Shown: positions 1-11,076 of the stretch, in pieces
Layout: the number at the start of each line of letters is the position of its first letter
Position numbering within the stretch: position 1 is the first letter of the stretch
From: an uncultured Lachnospiraceae bacterium
GTDB lineage: Bacteria; Bacillota; Clostridia; Lachnospirales; Lachnospiraceae
Direction: 5' to 3'
NCBI GenBank assembly: GCA_947631695.1
Contig: CANRMH010000001.1
Location: forward strand, 1-44,205
Length of the DNA: 44,205 nucleotides
The notes under the pieces: model-generated
Databases searched by the model: none
What the model was told of the DNA's origin: nothing
What the model saw: only the letters and a program-made list of their open reading frames with translations
Made by a program: the position numbers and the translations under genes

Positions 1-63
1 TTTTTACATCAGCCGCTTGAAAAAAACTTTTTATACATTTTTCATTTTACCTATTGACATTTC

Positions 64-2694
64 TTAGCTGGACTTATCAGATTCTCCATAATAACATTTC
101 AGATAAATTTCCTTCATATCCTTCATAAGCGGATATCTCGGATTCGCACCCGTACACTGATCGTTAAACGCCTGTTCCGTCATCTCGTCAAGCGTATCCA
201 GAAATGCCTTCTCGTCGATTCCGTACTCCCTGATGGATTTTTTGATGCCGATCTTTTCCTTCAGCTCTTCCAGCTTATCGCAAAGCTGATCAAACACTTC
301 CCTGTCGTTCTCTCCATGGCACCCCACAAACCGCCCGAGCTGCGCATATCTTTCCAGCGCGTGCGGATATTGATACTGTGAAAACGTCCCCATCCTGCCG
401 ACGTCATCCTGCGCATTATATCTCATCACTTCAGTCAGCAGCACCGCGTTGGCTATCCCATGGGGAAGATGGTGGTACGCGCCGAGTTTATGGGCCATCG
501 AATGATTCAGGCCGAGAAACGCGTTCGCAAACGCCATGCCGGCCAGGCAGGAAGCATTGGCCATTTTCTCACGGGCAGCCGGATCATTCGCTCCGTTCTC
601 ATAAGCGGACGGAAGGTAATCGAACACCATCTTCGCCGCCTTCATAGCCAGGCTGTCCGTGTAATCGGACGCCATAACGGAAACATAAGCCTCGATCGCA
701 TGCGTCATGACGTCAATTCCGGAGGCCTGCGTCAGCCCCTTCGGCTGCGTCATCATGTTATCCACGTCCACAATCGCCATATCCGGCATAAGCTCGTAAT
801 CGGCGATCGGCCATTTCACGCCTGTCTCGTCGTCCGTGATGACGGCAAACGGCGTCACCTCGGAGCCGGTTCCGGAAGAAGTGGGAATCGCTACAAAATA
901 CGCCTTTTCCCCCATCTTCGGAAAGGTGTAGATGCGCTTGCGGATATCCATAAAATCCATAGCCATATCTTCAAAATCTGCTTCCGGATGTTCATACAGC
1001 AGCCACATGATCTTTGCCGCATCCATCGCGGAACCGCCGCCAAACGCAATAATAACGTCCGGTTCAAACGCTCTCATCTGATCCGTCCCCAGTTTCGCGG
1101 ACCGAAGGGTCGGATCCGGCTCGATTTCATAAAAGCAGGTGTGACGTATTCCCAGTTCGTCCAGCTTCGCTTCCACAGGGCCGATAAATCCATTCTGATA
1201 CAGAAACGTATCCGTCACGATAAAGGCCTTTTTCTTATTCAGCGCCGTTTTAAGCTCCTCCAGGGCCGCTGGCATGCATCCCTGCTTAAAGTATATTTTT
1301 TCAGGCGTCCTGAACCACAGCATGTTCTCTCTCCTCTCAGCAACCGTTTTGATATTCAGCAGATGTTTGACGCCGACGTTATCCGATACGGAATTTCCGC
1401 CCCACGAACCGCATCCCAGGGTAAGCGACGGCCTCAGTTTAAAGTTATACAGATCGCCGATACCGCCGTGTGAAGACGGGGTATTTATCAGGATCCGGCA
1501 CGTTTTCATGGCGTCCGCGTGCTTCAGGATCTTCTCCTTCTGGGACGGATGAATAAAGAGAGAAGCCGTATGGCCGTATCCGCCGTCCGCCACGAGCCGC
1601 TCCGCTTTGCGGATCGCTTCGTCAAAATCCTTAGCCCTATACATCGCAAGTACCGGAGAAAGTTTTTCATGCGCAAATTCCTCGGAGATATCCACCGATT
1701 CCACCTCTCCGATCAGGATCTTTGTATTTTCAGGAACCTCCACTCCTGCCAGGCAGGCGATCTCGTATGCGGATTTTCCGGGTATCTTATTGTTCAGAGA
1801 TCCGTTGATAATGATCGTCCTGCGGACTTTGTCCAGCTCCCCGTCCCGCTTCAGGAAATAACACCCTCTGCGCGCAAATTCCTCTTTCACCTTATCGTAA
1901 ACGCTGTCCAGCACGGTAACGGACTGCTCCGACGCGCAGATCATCCCGTTGTCAAACGTCTTGGAATGAATGATGGAATTCACCGCCATCCGAATATCCG
2001 CCGTGTCGTCGATGATTGCCGGGGTGTTCCCCGCGCCGACGCCCAGAGCCGGTTTCCCGGAAGAATAAGCCGCCTTCACCATGCCGGGGCCGCCGGTCGC
2101 AAGAATAATATCCGCTCCCTTCATCACCGTATTGGTCAGTTCCAGAGAAGGAACGTCGATCCAGCCGATAATTCCCTCTGGAGCCCCCGCTTTCACCGCC
2201 GCGTTCAGGATCACCTTTGCCGCGGCAATCGTACACCGCTTTGCTGCCGGGTGCGGGCTGAAAATGATTGCGTTCCTGGTCTTCAGACAGATCAAAGCCT
2301 TAAAGATCGCCGTCGAGGTCGGATTCGTCGTCGGAATGACTGCGGCCACCAGGCCGATCGGTTCCGCGATTTTCCGGATACCGTAGGCGGGATCCTCCTC
2401 GATCACTCCGCATGTCTTTGTATTCTTATATGCGTTGTAGATATACTCGGAAGCATAATGGTTCTTGATCACTTTATCCTCCACGATTCCGCGTCCGGTC
2501 TCCTCCACAGCCATCTTCGCCAGCGGAACGCGCATTTTGTTCGCCGCCACCGCCGCCTGAAAGAAAATCTCGTCTACCTGCTCCTGGGTGTAGGAGGCGA
2601 ATACTTCCTGCGCCTCTTTCATCGCCTTCATCTTCGCTTCCAGAGCTTCCACGGTATCTATCACCTGAGGCGTCTCTGTTTTCACTGATTCCAT
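64..2694 (-). CDS. adhE: Bifunctional acetaldehyde-CoA/alcohol dehydrogenase
   Basis: 876 aa. ALDH half has PTTNPTST, ATGGPGMV and GMICASEQ; linker GCGSWGGNS; Fe-ADH half has GGGSAMDAAK, PTSSGTGSEVT and HSMAHKLG. Confidence 0.97.
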   Translation of the reverse strand: MESVKTETPQVIDTVEALEAKMKAMKEAQEVFASYTQEQVDEIFFQAAVAANKMRVPLAKMAVEETGRGIVEDKVIKNHYASEYIYNAYKNTKTCGVIEEDPAYGIRKIAEPIGLVAAVIPTTNPTSTAIFKALICLKTRNAIIFSPHPAAKRCTIAAAKVILNAAVKAGAPEGIIGWIDVPSLELTNTVMKGADIILATGGPGMVKAAYSSGKPALGVGAGNTPAIIDDTADIRMAVNSIIHSKTFDNGMICASEQSVTVLDSVYDKVKEEFARRGCYFLKRDGELDKVRRTIIINGSLNNKIPGKSAYEIACLAGVEVPENTKILIGEVESVDISEEFAHEKLSPVLAMYRAKDFDEAIRKAERLVADGGYGHTASLFIHPSQKEKILKHADAMKTCRILINTPSSHGGIGDLYNFKLRPSLTLGCGSWGGNSVSDNVGVKHLLNIKTVAERRENMLWFRTPEKIYFKQGCMPAALEELKTALNKKKAFIVTDTFLYQNGFIGPVEAKLDELGIRHTCFYEIEPDPTLRSAKLGTDQMRAFEPDVIIAFGGGSAMDAAKIMWLLYEHPEADFEDMAMDFMDIRKRIYTFPKMGEKAYFVAIPTSSGTGSEVTPFAVITDDETGVKWPIADYELMPDMAIVDVDNMMTQPKGLTQASGIDVMTHAIEAYVSVMASDYTDSLAMKAAKMVFDYLPSAYENGANDPAAREKMANASCLAGMAFANAFLGLNHSMAHKLGAYHHLPHGIANAVLLTEVMRYNAQDDVGRMGTFSQYQYPHALERYAQLGRFVGCHGENDREVFDQLCDKLEELKEKIGIKKSIREYGIDEKAFLDTLDEMTEQAFNDQCTGANPRYPLMKDMKEIYLKCYYGESDKSS

Positions 2695-2737
2695 AATATC
2701 TTCCTCCCATCACTGTGTGATTTCTTTCTTTCCACAC

Positions 2738-2766
2738 ATTATATTTTTTTGTTAATTATTTGTCAA
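2738..2766 (-). promoter_or_regulatory. Sigma-A promoter of adhE
   Basis: Minus strand TTGACA (2766-2761), 17 nt, TATAAT (2743-2738): perfect consensus. Confidence 0.85.
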
Positions 2767-2791
2767 TATATATTTGATATTTTCTTAACAA
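2749..2791. promoter_or_regulatory. Two tandem Rex-like operators
   Basis: TTGTTAA-TTAT-TTGTCAA (2749-2766) and TTGATAT-TTTC-TTAACAA (2774-2791), each 12/14 to the clostridial Rex box TTGTTAA-N4-TTAACAA. The first overlaps the adhE -35. Confidence 0.8.
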
Positions 2792-2839
2792 TCTTTTTAT
2801 GCCGTCCGGACATAAGGGGAACAATATTCTATTATATGC

Positions 2840-2867
2840 AAAACGCACCCGGATCTCTCCGAGTGCG
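2840..2867 (-). terminator. Intrinsic terminator of the ribosomal superoperon, after rplQ
   Basis: Minus strand CGCACTCGGA-gaga-TCCGGGTGCG followed by TTTT. Confidence 0.75.
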
Positions 2868-2875
2868 CAAAAATC

Positions 2876-3412
2876 TTATACCAATTCAAGAAAAACTTCC
2901 AGAGCCGCGTCGCCTTTACGCTGGCCGATCTTCACGATTCTCGTGTAACCGCCGTTTCGGTTCGCGTATTTCGGTGCGATCTCGTCGAACAGTTTCGCAA
3001 CCAGATCGACTTTCTTTGTGTTTTTCTTCCTTCCCGCCGCTTCCGTGGGAACAAATGTTACAGGATAAAGAACCTTCATCATCTGCCTTCTGGCGTGAAG
3101 CCTGGAGGGAAGATCCTTCTTGATCTTCTTATCCACTTCATCGTACACCGTATATTTTTTGCCGTCTACGACTTCCTTTACCCTCTTGCCGTTGGAGTCC
3201 TTGCGCGGCACCTTAGCCTTTACCGTAACTTCCTCATAATTATCTTTTTCCTTTACGGCCAGAGCGATTATTCCCTCCGCGATCTTACGGACTTCTTTCG
3301 CCTTCTGTTCCGTCGTGCGGATCTTGCCGTGATCAATCAGAGCCGTAACCTGACTCCTCAGCAGCGCTTTTCTCTGGCTTGATGTTCTGCCAAGTTTTCT
3401 ATACTTTGCCAT
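2876..3412 (-). CDS. rplQ: 50S ribosomal protein L17, long form with internal insertions
   Basis: [19 protein letters not shown] ... [19 protein letters not shown]; follows rpoA. Confidence 0.97.
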   Translation of the reverse strand: MAKYRKLGRTSSQRKALLRSQVTALIDHGKIRTTEQKAKEVRKIAEGIIALAVKEKDNYEEVTVKAKVPRKDSNGKRVKEVVDGKKYTVYDEVDKKIKKDLPSRLHARRQMMKVLYPVTFVPTEAAGRKKNTKKVDLVAKLFDEIAPKYANRNGGYTRIVKIGQRKGDAALEVFLELV

Positions 3413-3523
3413 TTCTTATTTCCTCCATACTTTAAACACCTGGTTATACTCTTCGGGCTTACTAGCCAAATGCCGCCGCCACGCACGTTCGGTCTTACTG
3501 GCGGCTCGTTTTCTTTTAATAAT

Positions 3524-4483
3524 TTATTCTTCTCCCTGACTCAGTTCCAAACCGAGTTCTTTTAATTTTGCCAATACCTCTTCCAGAGATTTCCGTCCGA
3601 GGTTCCGAACCTTCATCATATCTTCCGGAGTCCGGTTGGTCAGTTCCTCGACCGTGTTGATCCCCGCCCTCTTCAGGCAGTTGTAGGAACGAACGGAAAG
3701 CTCCAGCTCGTCGATACTCATCTCCAGCACTTTTTCTTTTTCGTCGTCTTCCTTTTCGATCATCACTTCCGCCGCCTGCGCAACTTCCGACAGATCGATG
3801 AAAAGTTTCAGATGCTCGCTGAGTACCTTTGCCGCCAGGCTCACAGCCTCATCCGGAAGCAGCGTACCATTGGTCCAGACGTCAAGCGTCAGCTTATCAA
3901 AGTCCGTAATCTGACCCACACGCGTATTCTCCACCGTAAGGTTCACGCGTTCTACCGGCGTGTAAATGGAATCGATCGGGATCACAGCGATCGGCAGGTC
4001 GTCATTCTTATTTTTATCCGAACTCACATAACCTCTGCCCTTTGTGATCGTAAGCTCCATATACAGTTTGCTGTCGGCGCCGCCGTTCAAAGTCGCGATC
4101 ACAGTCTCCGGATTCATGATCTCAATATCAGAATCCACCTGGATGTCAGCGCCTGTCACCACGCCTTCTCCTTCAAATTCAATATAGGCCGTCTTAGGTT
4201 CATCCGTCTCCGATGTGCTCTTGATGGCAAGCGATTTCAGATTCATGATAATCTCTGTGACATCATCTTTCACACCGGGAATCGAACTGAATTCATGCAG
4301 CACTCCGTCAATCTTTACCTGGCTGATTGCAGTGCCGGGAAGCGAAGAGAGCATAATTCTGCGAAGGGAATTTCCGAGTGTCGTGCCGTATCCTCTTTCC
4401 AGGGGTTCTACGACAAACCTTCCATACCGCTTATCTTCCGAAATCTCAGTTATCTCAATATTGGGTTTATTAAAATCAAACAA
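3524..4483 (-). CDS. rpoA: RNA polymerase alpha subunit
   Basis: [22 protein letters not shown]; [17 protein letters not shown]. Confidence 0.99.
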   Translation of the reverse strand: MFDFNKPNIEITEISEDKRYGRFVVEPLERGYGTTLGNSLRRIMLSSLPGTAISQVKIDGVLHEFSSIPGVKDDVTEIIMNLKSLAIKSTSETDEPKTAYIEFEGEGVVTGADIQVDSDIEIMNPETVIATLNGGADSKLYMELTITKGRGYVSSDKNKNDDLPIAVIPIDSIYTPVERVNLTVENTRVGQITDFDKLTLDVWTNGTLLPDEAVSLAAKVLSEHLKLFIDLSEVAQAAEVMIEKEDDEKEKVLEMSIDELELSVRSYNCLKRAGINTVEELTNRTPEDMMKVRNLGRKSLEEVLAKLKELGLELSQGEE

Positions 4484-4526
4484 TCTGTGGTCCCTCCTTG
4501 TGACTGTTCGGATTCACCGATGAGAA

Positions 4527-5120
4527 TTATTTGGAATACAACTCGACGATCAGCATTTCATCTACAGGAACATCGATTTCTTCACGTGTCGGGAGTTCCT
4601 TTACCGTTCCCTTCAGGGCTTCCGTATCCACTTCGATCCAGGCCGGCACCATGCGTCCGCCCGTCACTTCCAGGATATCTTTATATCTCTGGGATCCCTT
4701 GCATTTTTCTTTAATCTCAATCTCATCTCCGGCTTTCACAAGATAGGATGGAATATTCACCTGTTTGCCGTTTACCAGCACATGTTTGTGATCCACGATC
4801 TGCCTTGCCTCGCGGCGGGTTCTCGCCAATCCCATACGGAATACGACATTGTCCAGCCTGGACTCCAGAAGGATCATCAGGTTAGGACCTGTCAGGCCGT
4901 TCATCTTCTGCGCTTTCGTGAAATAATTTCTAAAAGGCTTCTCCAGTACGCCGTAAATAAATTTCGCTTTCTGTTTCTCGCGCAGCTGCAGACCATATTC
5001 GCTCATTTTTCTGTTTGCTCTCTTTAACTGTCTGTTAGATTTCTTATCAATTCCCAAATATACCGGATCCATTCCGAGAGAACGACATCTCTTAAGAACC
5101 GGAACTCTATTTACTGCCAT
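4527..5120 (-). CDS. rpsD: 30S ribosomal protein S4
   Basis: [24 protein letters not shown]-terminal LIVELYSK. Confidence 0.98.
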   Translation of the reverse strand: MAVNRVPVLKRCRSLGMDPVYLGIDKKSNRQLKRANRKMSEYGLQLREKQKAKFIYGVLEKPFRNYFTKAQKMNGLTGPNLMILLESRLDNVVFRMGLARTRREARQIVDHKHVLVNGKQVNIPSYLVKAGDEIEIKEKCKGSQRYKDILEVTGGRMVPAWIEVDTEALKGTVKELPTREEIDVPVDEMLIVELYSK

Positions 5121-5138
5121 GCTTTGCTTCCTCCTATA

Positions 5139-5534
5139 TTAAACTCTTCTGCGCTTCGGTGGACGGCATCCGTTATGCGGTACGGGAGTCACGTCCCTGA
5201 TACTTGTCACGTTAATTCCGCATGCCTGCAGAGCGCGGATCGCCGCTTCTCTTCCTGATCCCGGTCCGTTTACCATAACATCAACAGATTTCAAACCATG
5301 AACTAATGCAGCCTTTGCAGCAGTTTCCGCTGCCATCTGCGCTGCGTAAGGAGTAGATTTCCTTGAACCTCTAAATCCCAGACCACCGGCGCTTGCCCAT
5401 GAAAGAGCATTCCCCTGCGTATCCGTCAGCGTAACAATCGTATTGTTAAAAGATGACTGGATATGTGCTTGTCCGCGTTCAACGTTTTTCTTGACACGTT
5501 TTTTTGTCACTTTCTTTGTAACTTTCTTTGCCAT
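5139..5534 (-). CDS. rpsK: 30S ribosomal protein S11
   Basis: [38 protein letters not shown]. Confidence 0.99.
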   Translation of the reverse strand: MAKKVTKKVTKKRVKKNVERGQAHIQSSFNNTIVTLTDTQGNALSWASAGGLGFRGSRKSTPYAAQMAAETAAKAALVHGLKSVDVMVNGPGSGREAAIRALQACGINVTSIRDVTPVPHNGCRPPKRRRV

Positions 5535-5565
5535 AATAAAACTAACCTACACTTTCCCTGTTATA

Positions 5566-5934
5566 TTATTTCTTCTTATTTGCTACCGTTCTCTTCGGAC
5601 CTTTTCTGGTTCTCGCGTTGTTCTTCGTGTTCTGACCGCGAACCGGAAGCCCCTTTCTGTGGCGGATACCCCTGTAGCATCCGATTTCCTGAAGTCTCTT
5701 GATGTTCAGCGCGATCTCTCTGCGGAGATCACCTTCCACCATCTGAGTCTCATCGATCACCGAGCTGATCTTTTTTACATCCTCGTCGGACAGATCTCTG
5801 CAGCGAATGTCAGGATTCACTCCTGCTTCCTTCAAAATACGCGCTGCGCTTGATCTTCCGATCCCATAGATATAGGTCAGTCCGATCTCGACGCGTTTGT
5901 CTCTTGGTAAGTCTACACCTGCGATACGAGCCAT
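5566..5934 (-). CDS. rpsM: 30S ribosomal protein S13
   Basis: Starts [10 protein letters not shown] at ATG 5934 behind GGAGGA (ORF track over-extends); [15 protein letters not shown]. Confidence 0.98.
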   Translation of the reverse strand: MARIAGVDLPRDKRVEIGLTYIYGIGRSSAARILKEAGVNPDIRCRDLSDEDVKKISSVIDETQMVEGDLRREIALNIKRLQEIGCYRGIRHRKGLPVRGQNTKNNARTRKGPKRTVANKKK

Positions 5935-6244
5935 GTGATTTTCCTCCATTTTCTTTTTGTTTGTCTGAAGCTCACGGACGTCCTGCCCGCGCTTCTTCAT
6001 TGTCACATATCGTCTTTAATAGGGGAAACGCTTCCTGCGCCTCCCAGGCGCGTTCGGTATCCACGCCCTTTCCGGTCACCGGAATATTCATGCCCCGCAT
6101 GATCTTCCCGGTAATGACGGACCGGCATTATAAGCAATATACGAAGGATTCCCACCGGCTAAAGGTGTTTCCCTGTATATTTTAAATAGTCCGCACGCCC
6201 TTTGGCATGCCGGCTATCAGCCGCCTGATTCATTTGCGCGCCAT

Positions 6245-6361
<117 letters not shown>

Positions 6362-6446
6362 GTCAAATCCTCCTTTCATCCATTGCCTGCCTATCTATTC
6401 CAGCGCATTTCCGCACACACCAAAATACCCGGAAATACGCCTATAT

Positions 6447-6475
6447 ATTATAGCACCAGCCATTTATCCAGTCAA
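6447..6475 (-). promoter_or_regulatory. Internal sigma-A promoter for rpmJ-rpsM-rpsK-rpsD-rpoA-rplQ
   Basis: Minus strand TTGACT, 17 nt, TATAAT with TGn extension, in the infA-rpmJ gap. Confidence 0.8.
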
Positions 6476-6492
6476 TAGATTTTTTCTGATAT

Positions 6493-6711
6493 TTATTTAT
6501 CTCTCCAGATAATCCTTCCCTTTGAAAGGTCATACGGGGAAAGCTCCAGCGTCACTTTGTCGCCCGGCAGGATCTTAATGTAATTCATGCGAAGTTTTCC
6601 GCTGATATGGGCCAAAACCTTGTAACCGTTCTCCAGCTCTACCTGGAACATCGCGTTCGGAAGCTTTTCCAGCACTGTCCCTTCTACTTCTAATACGTCA
6701 CCCTTTGACAT
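6493..6711 (-). CDS. infA: Translation initiation factor IF-1
   Basis: [11 protein letters not shown] ... [19 protein letters not shown]; 72 aa from ATG 6711. Confidence 0.98.
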   Translation of the reverse strand: MSKGDVLEVEGTVLEKLPNAMFQVELENGYKVLAHISGKLRMNYIKILPGDKVTLELSPYDLSKGRIIWRDK

Positions 6712-6961
6712 TTCCAAATCCTCCTAAATAAAATTCCTTCAAAATTCTTTTGACCGCTGCGTCATCGACGGCGGTAATATCATGCTGCGCGCAGATCAGC
6801 TGCACATGCTTTTTTTTCTTTTTTTTCGGGCGATCCAGCGTTCTGATCCTTCCGTCCGCTAAATATACATATGCCTGATCCACATCCATTATTACATACG
6901 TCTGCCCGGCGTCATGTCCAGCCTTCGACGTTGCAAGCATTCCTGGCCTAAATCTGTCCAT
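6698..6961 (-). CDS. KOW-motif RNA-binding protein (L14e-like)
   Basis: SKAGHDAG ... [20 protein letters not shown]; usual Firmicute position between map and infA. Alternative start 6967. Confidence 0.85.
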   Translation of the reverse strand: MDRFRPGMLATSKAGHDAGQTYVIMDVDQAYVYLADGRIRTLDRPKKKKKKHVQLICAQHDITAVDDAAVKRILKEFYLGGFGNVKG

Positions 6962-6987
6962 ATTCATCCCTCCACCGGCAAAAAAGC

Positions 6988-7776
6988 TTAATTTTTATTT
7001 TCGGCCGTCCTCATCGGGCCGCTTCCGGTCAGGGTCAAAAGTTTCGGTTCATCCTCGGTGATCAGGATCGTATTTTCGTAATGTGCGGACAAAGACCGGT
7101 CTCTCGTAACCACCGTCCACTGATCGTCCAGCCAGTCTACCTCCCAGCCGCCCGCATTGATCATGGGTTCCACGGCAAGGGTCATTCCCGCCTTCAGTTT
7201 CACGCCTTTTCTGTTCATCTCGCAGTTCGGTATCTCCGGAGCTTCGTGCAGGTTCGTTCCGATCCCGTGTCCGCACAGATCCCGCACCACTCCGTATCCC
7301 CTTTCCTGCGCATATCTTCCAATCGCTGCCGAAATATCAAATAGATGGTTGCCCTCTTTTGCGTATTTTATTCCTTCAAAAAAAGATTCTCTTGTGACTC
7401 TGATCAGATCAGCCGCTTCTCTGCTGATCTCCCCGATTCCATATGTCCGCGCCGCGTCGGAATGGTATCCCTTATAGATCACGCCCGCATCCAGACTTAC
7501 GATATCCCCCTCCTTCAGGATCCGTTTGCCATCCGGTATCCCGTGAACGACTTCCTCGTTCACGGATACACAGATGGATGCGGGATATCCGTTGTAATTC
7601 AGGAAAGAGGGAGTGCAGCCGTAACTGCGTATCACTTCCTCCCCCAGACGGTCGATGTCAAGCGTACTCATTCCGGGTCTCAGCACCTTTGCCAGTTCCT
7701 CATGTACGATTTCCAGAATCCTTCCGGCTTCCGCCATCAGCTCGATCTCTCTCGCCGATTTGATTGTAATTGGCAT
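6988..7776 (-). CDS. map: Type I methionine aminopeptidase
   Basis: SVNEEVVHGIP, DAGV..GYHSDAART, GHGIG..LHEAP, SAHYENT. Alternative start 7782. Confidence 0.97.
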   Translation of the reverse strand: MPITIKSAREIELMAEAGRILEIVHEELAKVLRPGMSTLDIDRLGEEVIRSYGCTPSFLNYNGYPASICVSVNEEVVHGIPDGKRILKEGDIVSLDAGVIYKGYHSDAARTYGIGEISREAADLIRVTRESFFEGIKYAKEGNHLFDISAAIGRYAQERGYGVVRDLCGHGIGTNLHEAPEIPNCEMNRKGVKLKAGMTLAVEPMINAGGWEVDWLDDQWTVVTRDRSLSAHYENTILITEDEPKLLTLTGSGPMRTAENKN

Positions 7777-7781
7777 ACGCA

Positions 7782-8426
7782 TTACTCTCCCAAAAGATTT
7801 ACAATTTCCTGGAACACATCGTTGATGTCCGCCGTTCCGTCCACTGTTCTCAGGATTCCCTCGCCGGTATAATAGTCAATCAGCGGCTGTGTCTGCTCAT
7901 GATATACGTTCAGACGCTTCTTGACAGTTTCCGGTTTGTCGTCGTCTCTCAGTATCAGTTCCCCGCCGCAGGTATCGCAAATGCCTTCCTTCTTTGTCGG
8001 AGCATATTCCAGATGGTAGGTTGCTCCGCACCCGACGCAGGCTCTTCTTCCGGACATGCGGGTCACGATATTTTCATCCGGCACGTAGACGTCGATCGCA
8101 TAATCCATCTTTTGTCCCATTTCGGCCAGGGCCCGGGTCAGCGCTTCCGCCTGCGGGATCGTCCTCGGAAATCCGTCCAGGACATATCCGTTCGCGCAGT
8201 CCTCCTGGTTTACGCGGTCCACGACCAGATCCGCAACCAGTTCGTCCGGAACCAGCAGGCCCTGATCCATATAGGTCTTTGCCTTCTTTCCGAGTTCCGT
8301 ACCGTTCTTGATGTTCGCACGGAAAATGTCTCCGGTGGAGATGTGGGGAATTCCATACTTCGCGGCAATCTTCTTTGCCTGCGTACCCTTGCCCGCTCCC
8401 GGCGCGCCTAACATGATAATTTTCAT
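7782..8426 (-). CDS. adk: Adenylate kinase with Zn-type LID
   Basis: [22 protein letters not shown]...CDTC. Confidence 0.98.
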   Translation of the reverse strand: MKIIMLGAPGAGKGTQAKKIAAKYGIPHISTGDIFRANIKNGTELGKKAKTYMDQGLLVPDELVADLVVDRVNQEDCANGYVLDGFPRTIPQAEALTRALAEMGQKMDYAIDVYVPDENIVTRMSGRRACVGCGATYHLEYAPTKKEGICDTCGGELILRDDDKPETVKKRLNVYHEQTQPLIDYYTGEGILRTVDGTADINDVFQEIVNLLGE

Positions 8427-8569
8427 ATGCTTTTCCTCCTTTATAGCATTTTAACCCGCGAAGGTCTTCCGCGAGTTGTTGCCTGAAATATCTCCGACAT
8501 AAGCCGGGAAGCGGTTTTCTGCGCCGCGTCCCGGTTATCTGCCCGAGATCAGTGTCCGAAACCGGACTA

Positions 8570-9886
8570 TTAACTATTTAAAAATCCCTTGTAGTTCCGC
8601 ACAAGCATCTGAGATTCGATCTGCTTCAGAGTCTCCAGGATCACGCTGACGATAATGATCAGCGACGTGCCTCCGAACGATACCTTCGCGCCCAGCCATC
8701 CGTTGAAGAAGATCGGGATCACCTGAACGATGACCAGCCCGCAGGCTCCGATGAAGATAATGTTGTTCAGTATCCTTGTCAGATATTCAACCGTCGGTTT
8801 TCCCGGACGGATGCCCGGTATAAACCCGCCGCTCTTTTTCATGTTATTCGCGATTTCCATCGGATTGAAGGTGATCGACGTATAGAAATACGCGAAAAAT
8901 ACCGTCAGTACAATGTACACCAGCAGGCCCCAGCTATACTGCAGATTCTGCGGATTGCACCAGTTCCCCTGGCTCAGTCCGCGAAGGATCTCGCTGCCGA
9001 TCCCCGTGCCGTTCCCTTTTCCGAGGAAGGACGCGATGATCACCGGCGTCTGCATCAGGGACGATGCAAAGATGATCGGAATTACGCCCGCCGTGTTGAT
9101 CTTGAGCGGAATATGCGTAGACTGACCGCCGTAGGTCCTTCTCCCCTGCATTTTCTGGGAATACTGAACAGCAATCCGGCGCTCGCCGTCCTGTAAAAGG
9201 ACAACCAGAACAACCAGAAGCAAAATGATCGCGATGATGATCAGAAGAGCAAGTCCTCCGATCGCCAGGCTTTTTCCTTTTACAAACTGCTCAAACAGCG
9301 TTGTCATATCACTCGGAATACGGGAAATAATGTTGATGATCAGCACGATGGATATCCCGTTTCCAACGCCCTTTTCCGTAATCCTCTCGCCGATCCACAT
9401 CAGGAATGCGGAACCCGCTGTAAACGTAAGAACTACGATCGCCGCATTTACAAAATTGTACTCGACCAGAAGTCCCTGGCGGCCAAATCCGATCGCCATA
9501 GCCGTTGACTCGATCAATGCCAGGCCAACTGTGACATAACGTGTGATCGCCGCGATCTTCTTTCTTCCATCCTCGCCTTCCCTCTGCATTTCCTCAAGCT
9601 TCGGAATCGCGATCGTGAGAAGCTGCATAATAATGGAAGATGTGATATACGGCGTGATACTCAGAGCAAATACGGACATCTGCTCAAAAGAACCTCCGGT
9701 AAAAGCATTAAACAGGTTAAATGCCTCTCCGGTATTCTGTGCAAAGAAATCCTTGATGTAGGATGAATTCACTCCCGGCGTGGGAAGCTGTGATCCGATC
9801 CTGATTACCACCAGCATAAGAAATGTATAAAGGATTCTTTTGCGAATATCTTCAATTTGAAATGCCTTGCGCAATGTCTTGAACAA
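8570..9886 (-). CDS. secY: Preprotein translocase SecY
   Basis: LSITPYITSSII, GVGNGISI, FIPGIRPG, FGGTSLII; multiple TM segments; TTG start. Confidence 0.99.
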   Translation of the reverse strand: MFKTLRKAFQIEDIRKRILYTFLMLVVIRIGSQLPTPGVNSSYIKDFFAQNTGEAFNLFNAFTGGSFEQMSVFALSITPYITSSIIMQLLTIAIPKLEEMQREGEDGRKKIAAITRYVTVGLALIESTAMAIGFGRQGLLVEYNFVNAAIVVLTFTAGSAFLMWIGERITEKGVGNGISIVLIINIISRIPSDMTTLFEQFVKGKSLAIGGLALLIIIAIILLLVVLVVLLQDGERRIAVQYSQKMQGRRTYGGQSTHIPLKINTAGVIPIIFASSLMQTPVIIASFLGKGNGTGIGSEILRGLSQGNWCNPQNLQYSWGLLVYIVLTVFFAYFYTSITFNPMEIANNMKKSGGFIPGIRPGKPTVEYLTRILNNIIFIGACGLVIVQVIPIFFNGWLGAKVSFGGTSLIIIVSVILETLKQIESQMLVRNYKGFLNS

Positions 9887-10327
9887 TTAGATCACCTCTG
9901 CTTTTCCGCCAAGAGCTTCGATTTTAGCAGCCGCGCTCTCGCTGAACGCATTTGCCTGAACCGTAAGTTTCTTAGTCAATTCTCCTTTTCCAAGAATCTT
10001 TACCCCGTCTCTCGGATTTTTAATGATGCCTTTTTCTATCAACGTGTCTACTGAAACAACAGCGTCATTATCAAATACTTCCAAAGCGCTGATATTGATC
10101 GCCACAATATCTTTTGTATTTATATTCGTAAATCCTCTCTTTGGAATTCTTCTGTATAATGGCATCTGTCCGCCTTCAAAACCCGGCCTTGTACCTCCGG
10201 AACGCGCCTTCTGTCCTTTGTGTCCCTTGCCGGCCGTCTTGCCGTTTCCGGAACCGTGTCCGCGTCCGCGTCTGAAATTGTTGCTCTGTTTTGCTCCGTC
10301 AGCAGGTCTTAAATTTGATAAATCCAT
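9887..10327 (-). CDS. rplO: 50S ribosomal protein L15
   Basis: [35 protein letters not shown]. Confidence 0.98.
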   Translation of the reverse strand: MDLSNLRPADGAKQSNNFRRGRGHGSGNGKTAGKGHKGQKARSGGTRPGFEGGQMPLYRRIPKRGFTNINTKDIVAINISALEVFDNDAVVSVDTLIEKGIIKNPRDGVKILGKGELTKKLTVQANAFSESAAAKIEALGGKAEVI

Positions 10328-10355
10328 CATGCCACCTCCTTACTCTTATATTTTA

Positions 10356-10538
10356 TCATTCCGCTTCTTCTACTTTCACCAGATGACGTACCTGGTTTAC
10401 CATCCCTCTTGTCGCCGCATTGTCCGGAAGTACGACCGTCCTGTTCAGCTTCCTGAGTCCCAGGGCCTCCACTGTCCGTCTATGCTTCGGCACGGCGCCA
10501 ATCGTAGATTTTACCAATGTGATCTTTAAATTTGCCAT
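10356..10538 (-). CDS. rpmD: 50S ribosomal protein L30
   Basis: [11 protein letters not shown] ... TVEALGLRK; spc operon synteny. Confidence 0.97.
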   Translation of the reverse strand: MANLKITLVKSTIGAVPKHRRTVEALGLRKLNRTVVLPDNAATRGMVNQVRHLVKVEEAE

Positions 10539-10552
10539 TTCCGTCTACCTCC

Positions 10553-11062
10553 TTAGGCCATGATCTCTTCCACGGATTTCCCGCGCAGTCCGGCTACTTC
10601 TTCCGGAGTTTTCACCTGGCTTAATCCTTTGATCGTGGCAAGCACAACATTCTGCTTGTTATTGGAACCGAGAGATTTTGTACGGATGTTTCTGATCCCC
10701 GCCATCTCGATCACCGCACGGGCCGGGCCGCCGGCAATCACTCCGGTACCTTCCGGGGCTTTCTTCAGCAATACCGAAGCGCTTCCGAATTCACCGATCA
10801 AATCATGTGTAATACTTCCATTGTCGTCCATCGCAACAGAAATCAGCTTCTTCGCGGCGTCCTCCTTGCCCTTGCGGATCGCCTCGGGGATCTCGGTCGC
10901 CTTTCCCAAACCTGCGCCAACATGGCCGTTTCCGTCGCCTACAACCACTAAAGCTGTGAATCTCATATTACGGCCACCCTTAACAACCTTGGTAACACGT
11001 TTAATTGATACTACCTTTTCTGTTAATTCTAATGAACCAGCATCAATACGTTCCTGTTTCAT
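10553..11062 (-). CDS. rpsE: 30S ribosomal protein S5
   Basis: [18 protein letters not shown]. Confidence 0.98.
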   Translation of the reverse strand: MKQERIDAGSLELTEKVVSIKRVTKVVKGGRNMRFTALVVVGDGNGHVGAGLGKATEIPEAIRKGKEDAAKKLISVAMDDNGSITHDLIGEFGSASVLLKKAPEGTGVIAGGPARAVIEMAGIRNIRTKSLGSNNKQNVVLATIKGLSQVKTPEEVAGLRGKSVEEIMA

Positions 11063-11076
11063 GTGTGTTCCTCCTT

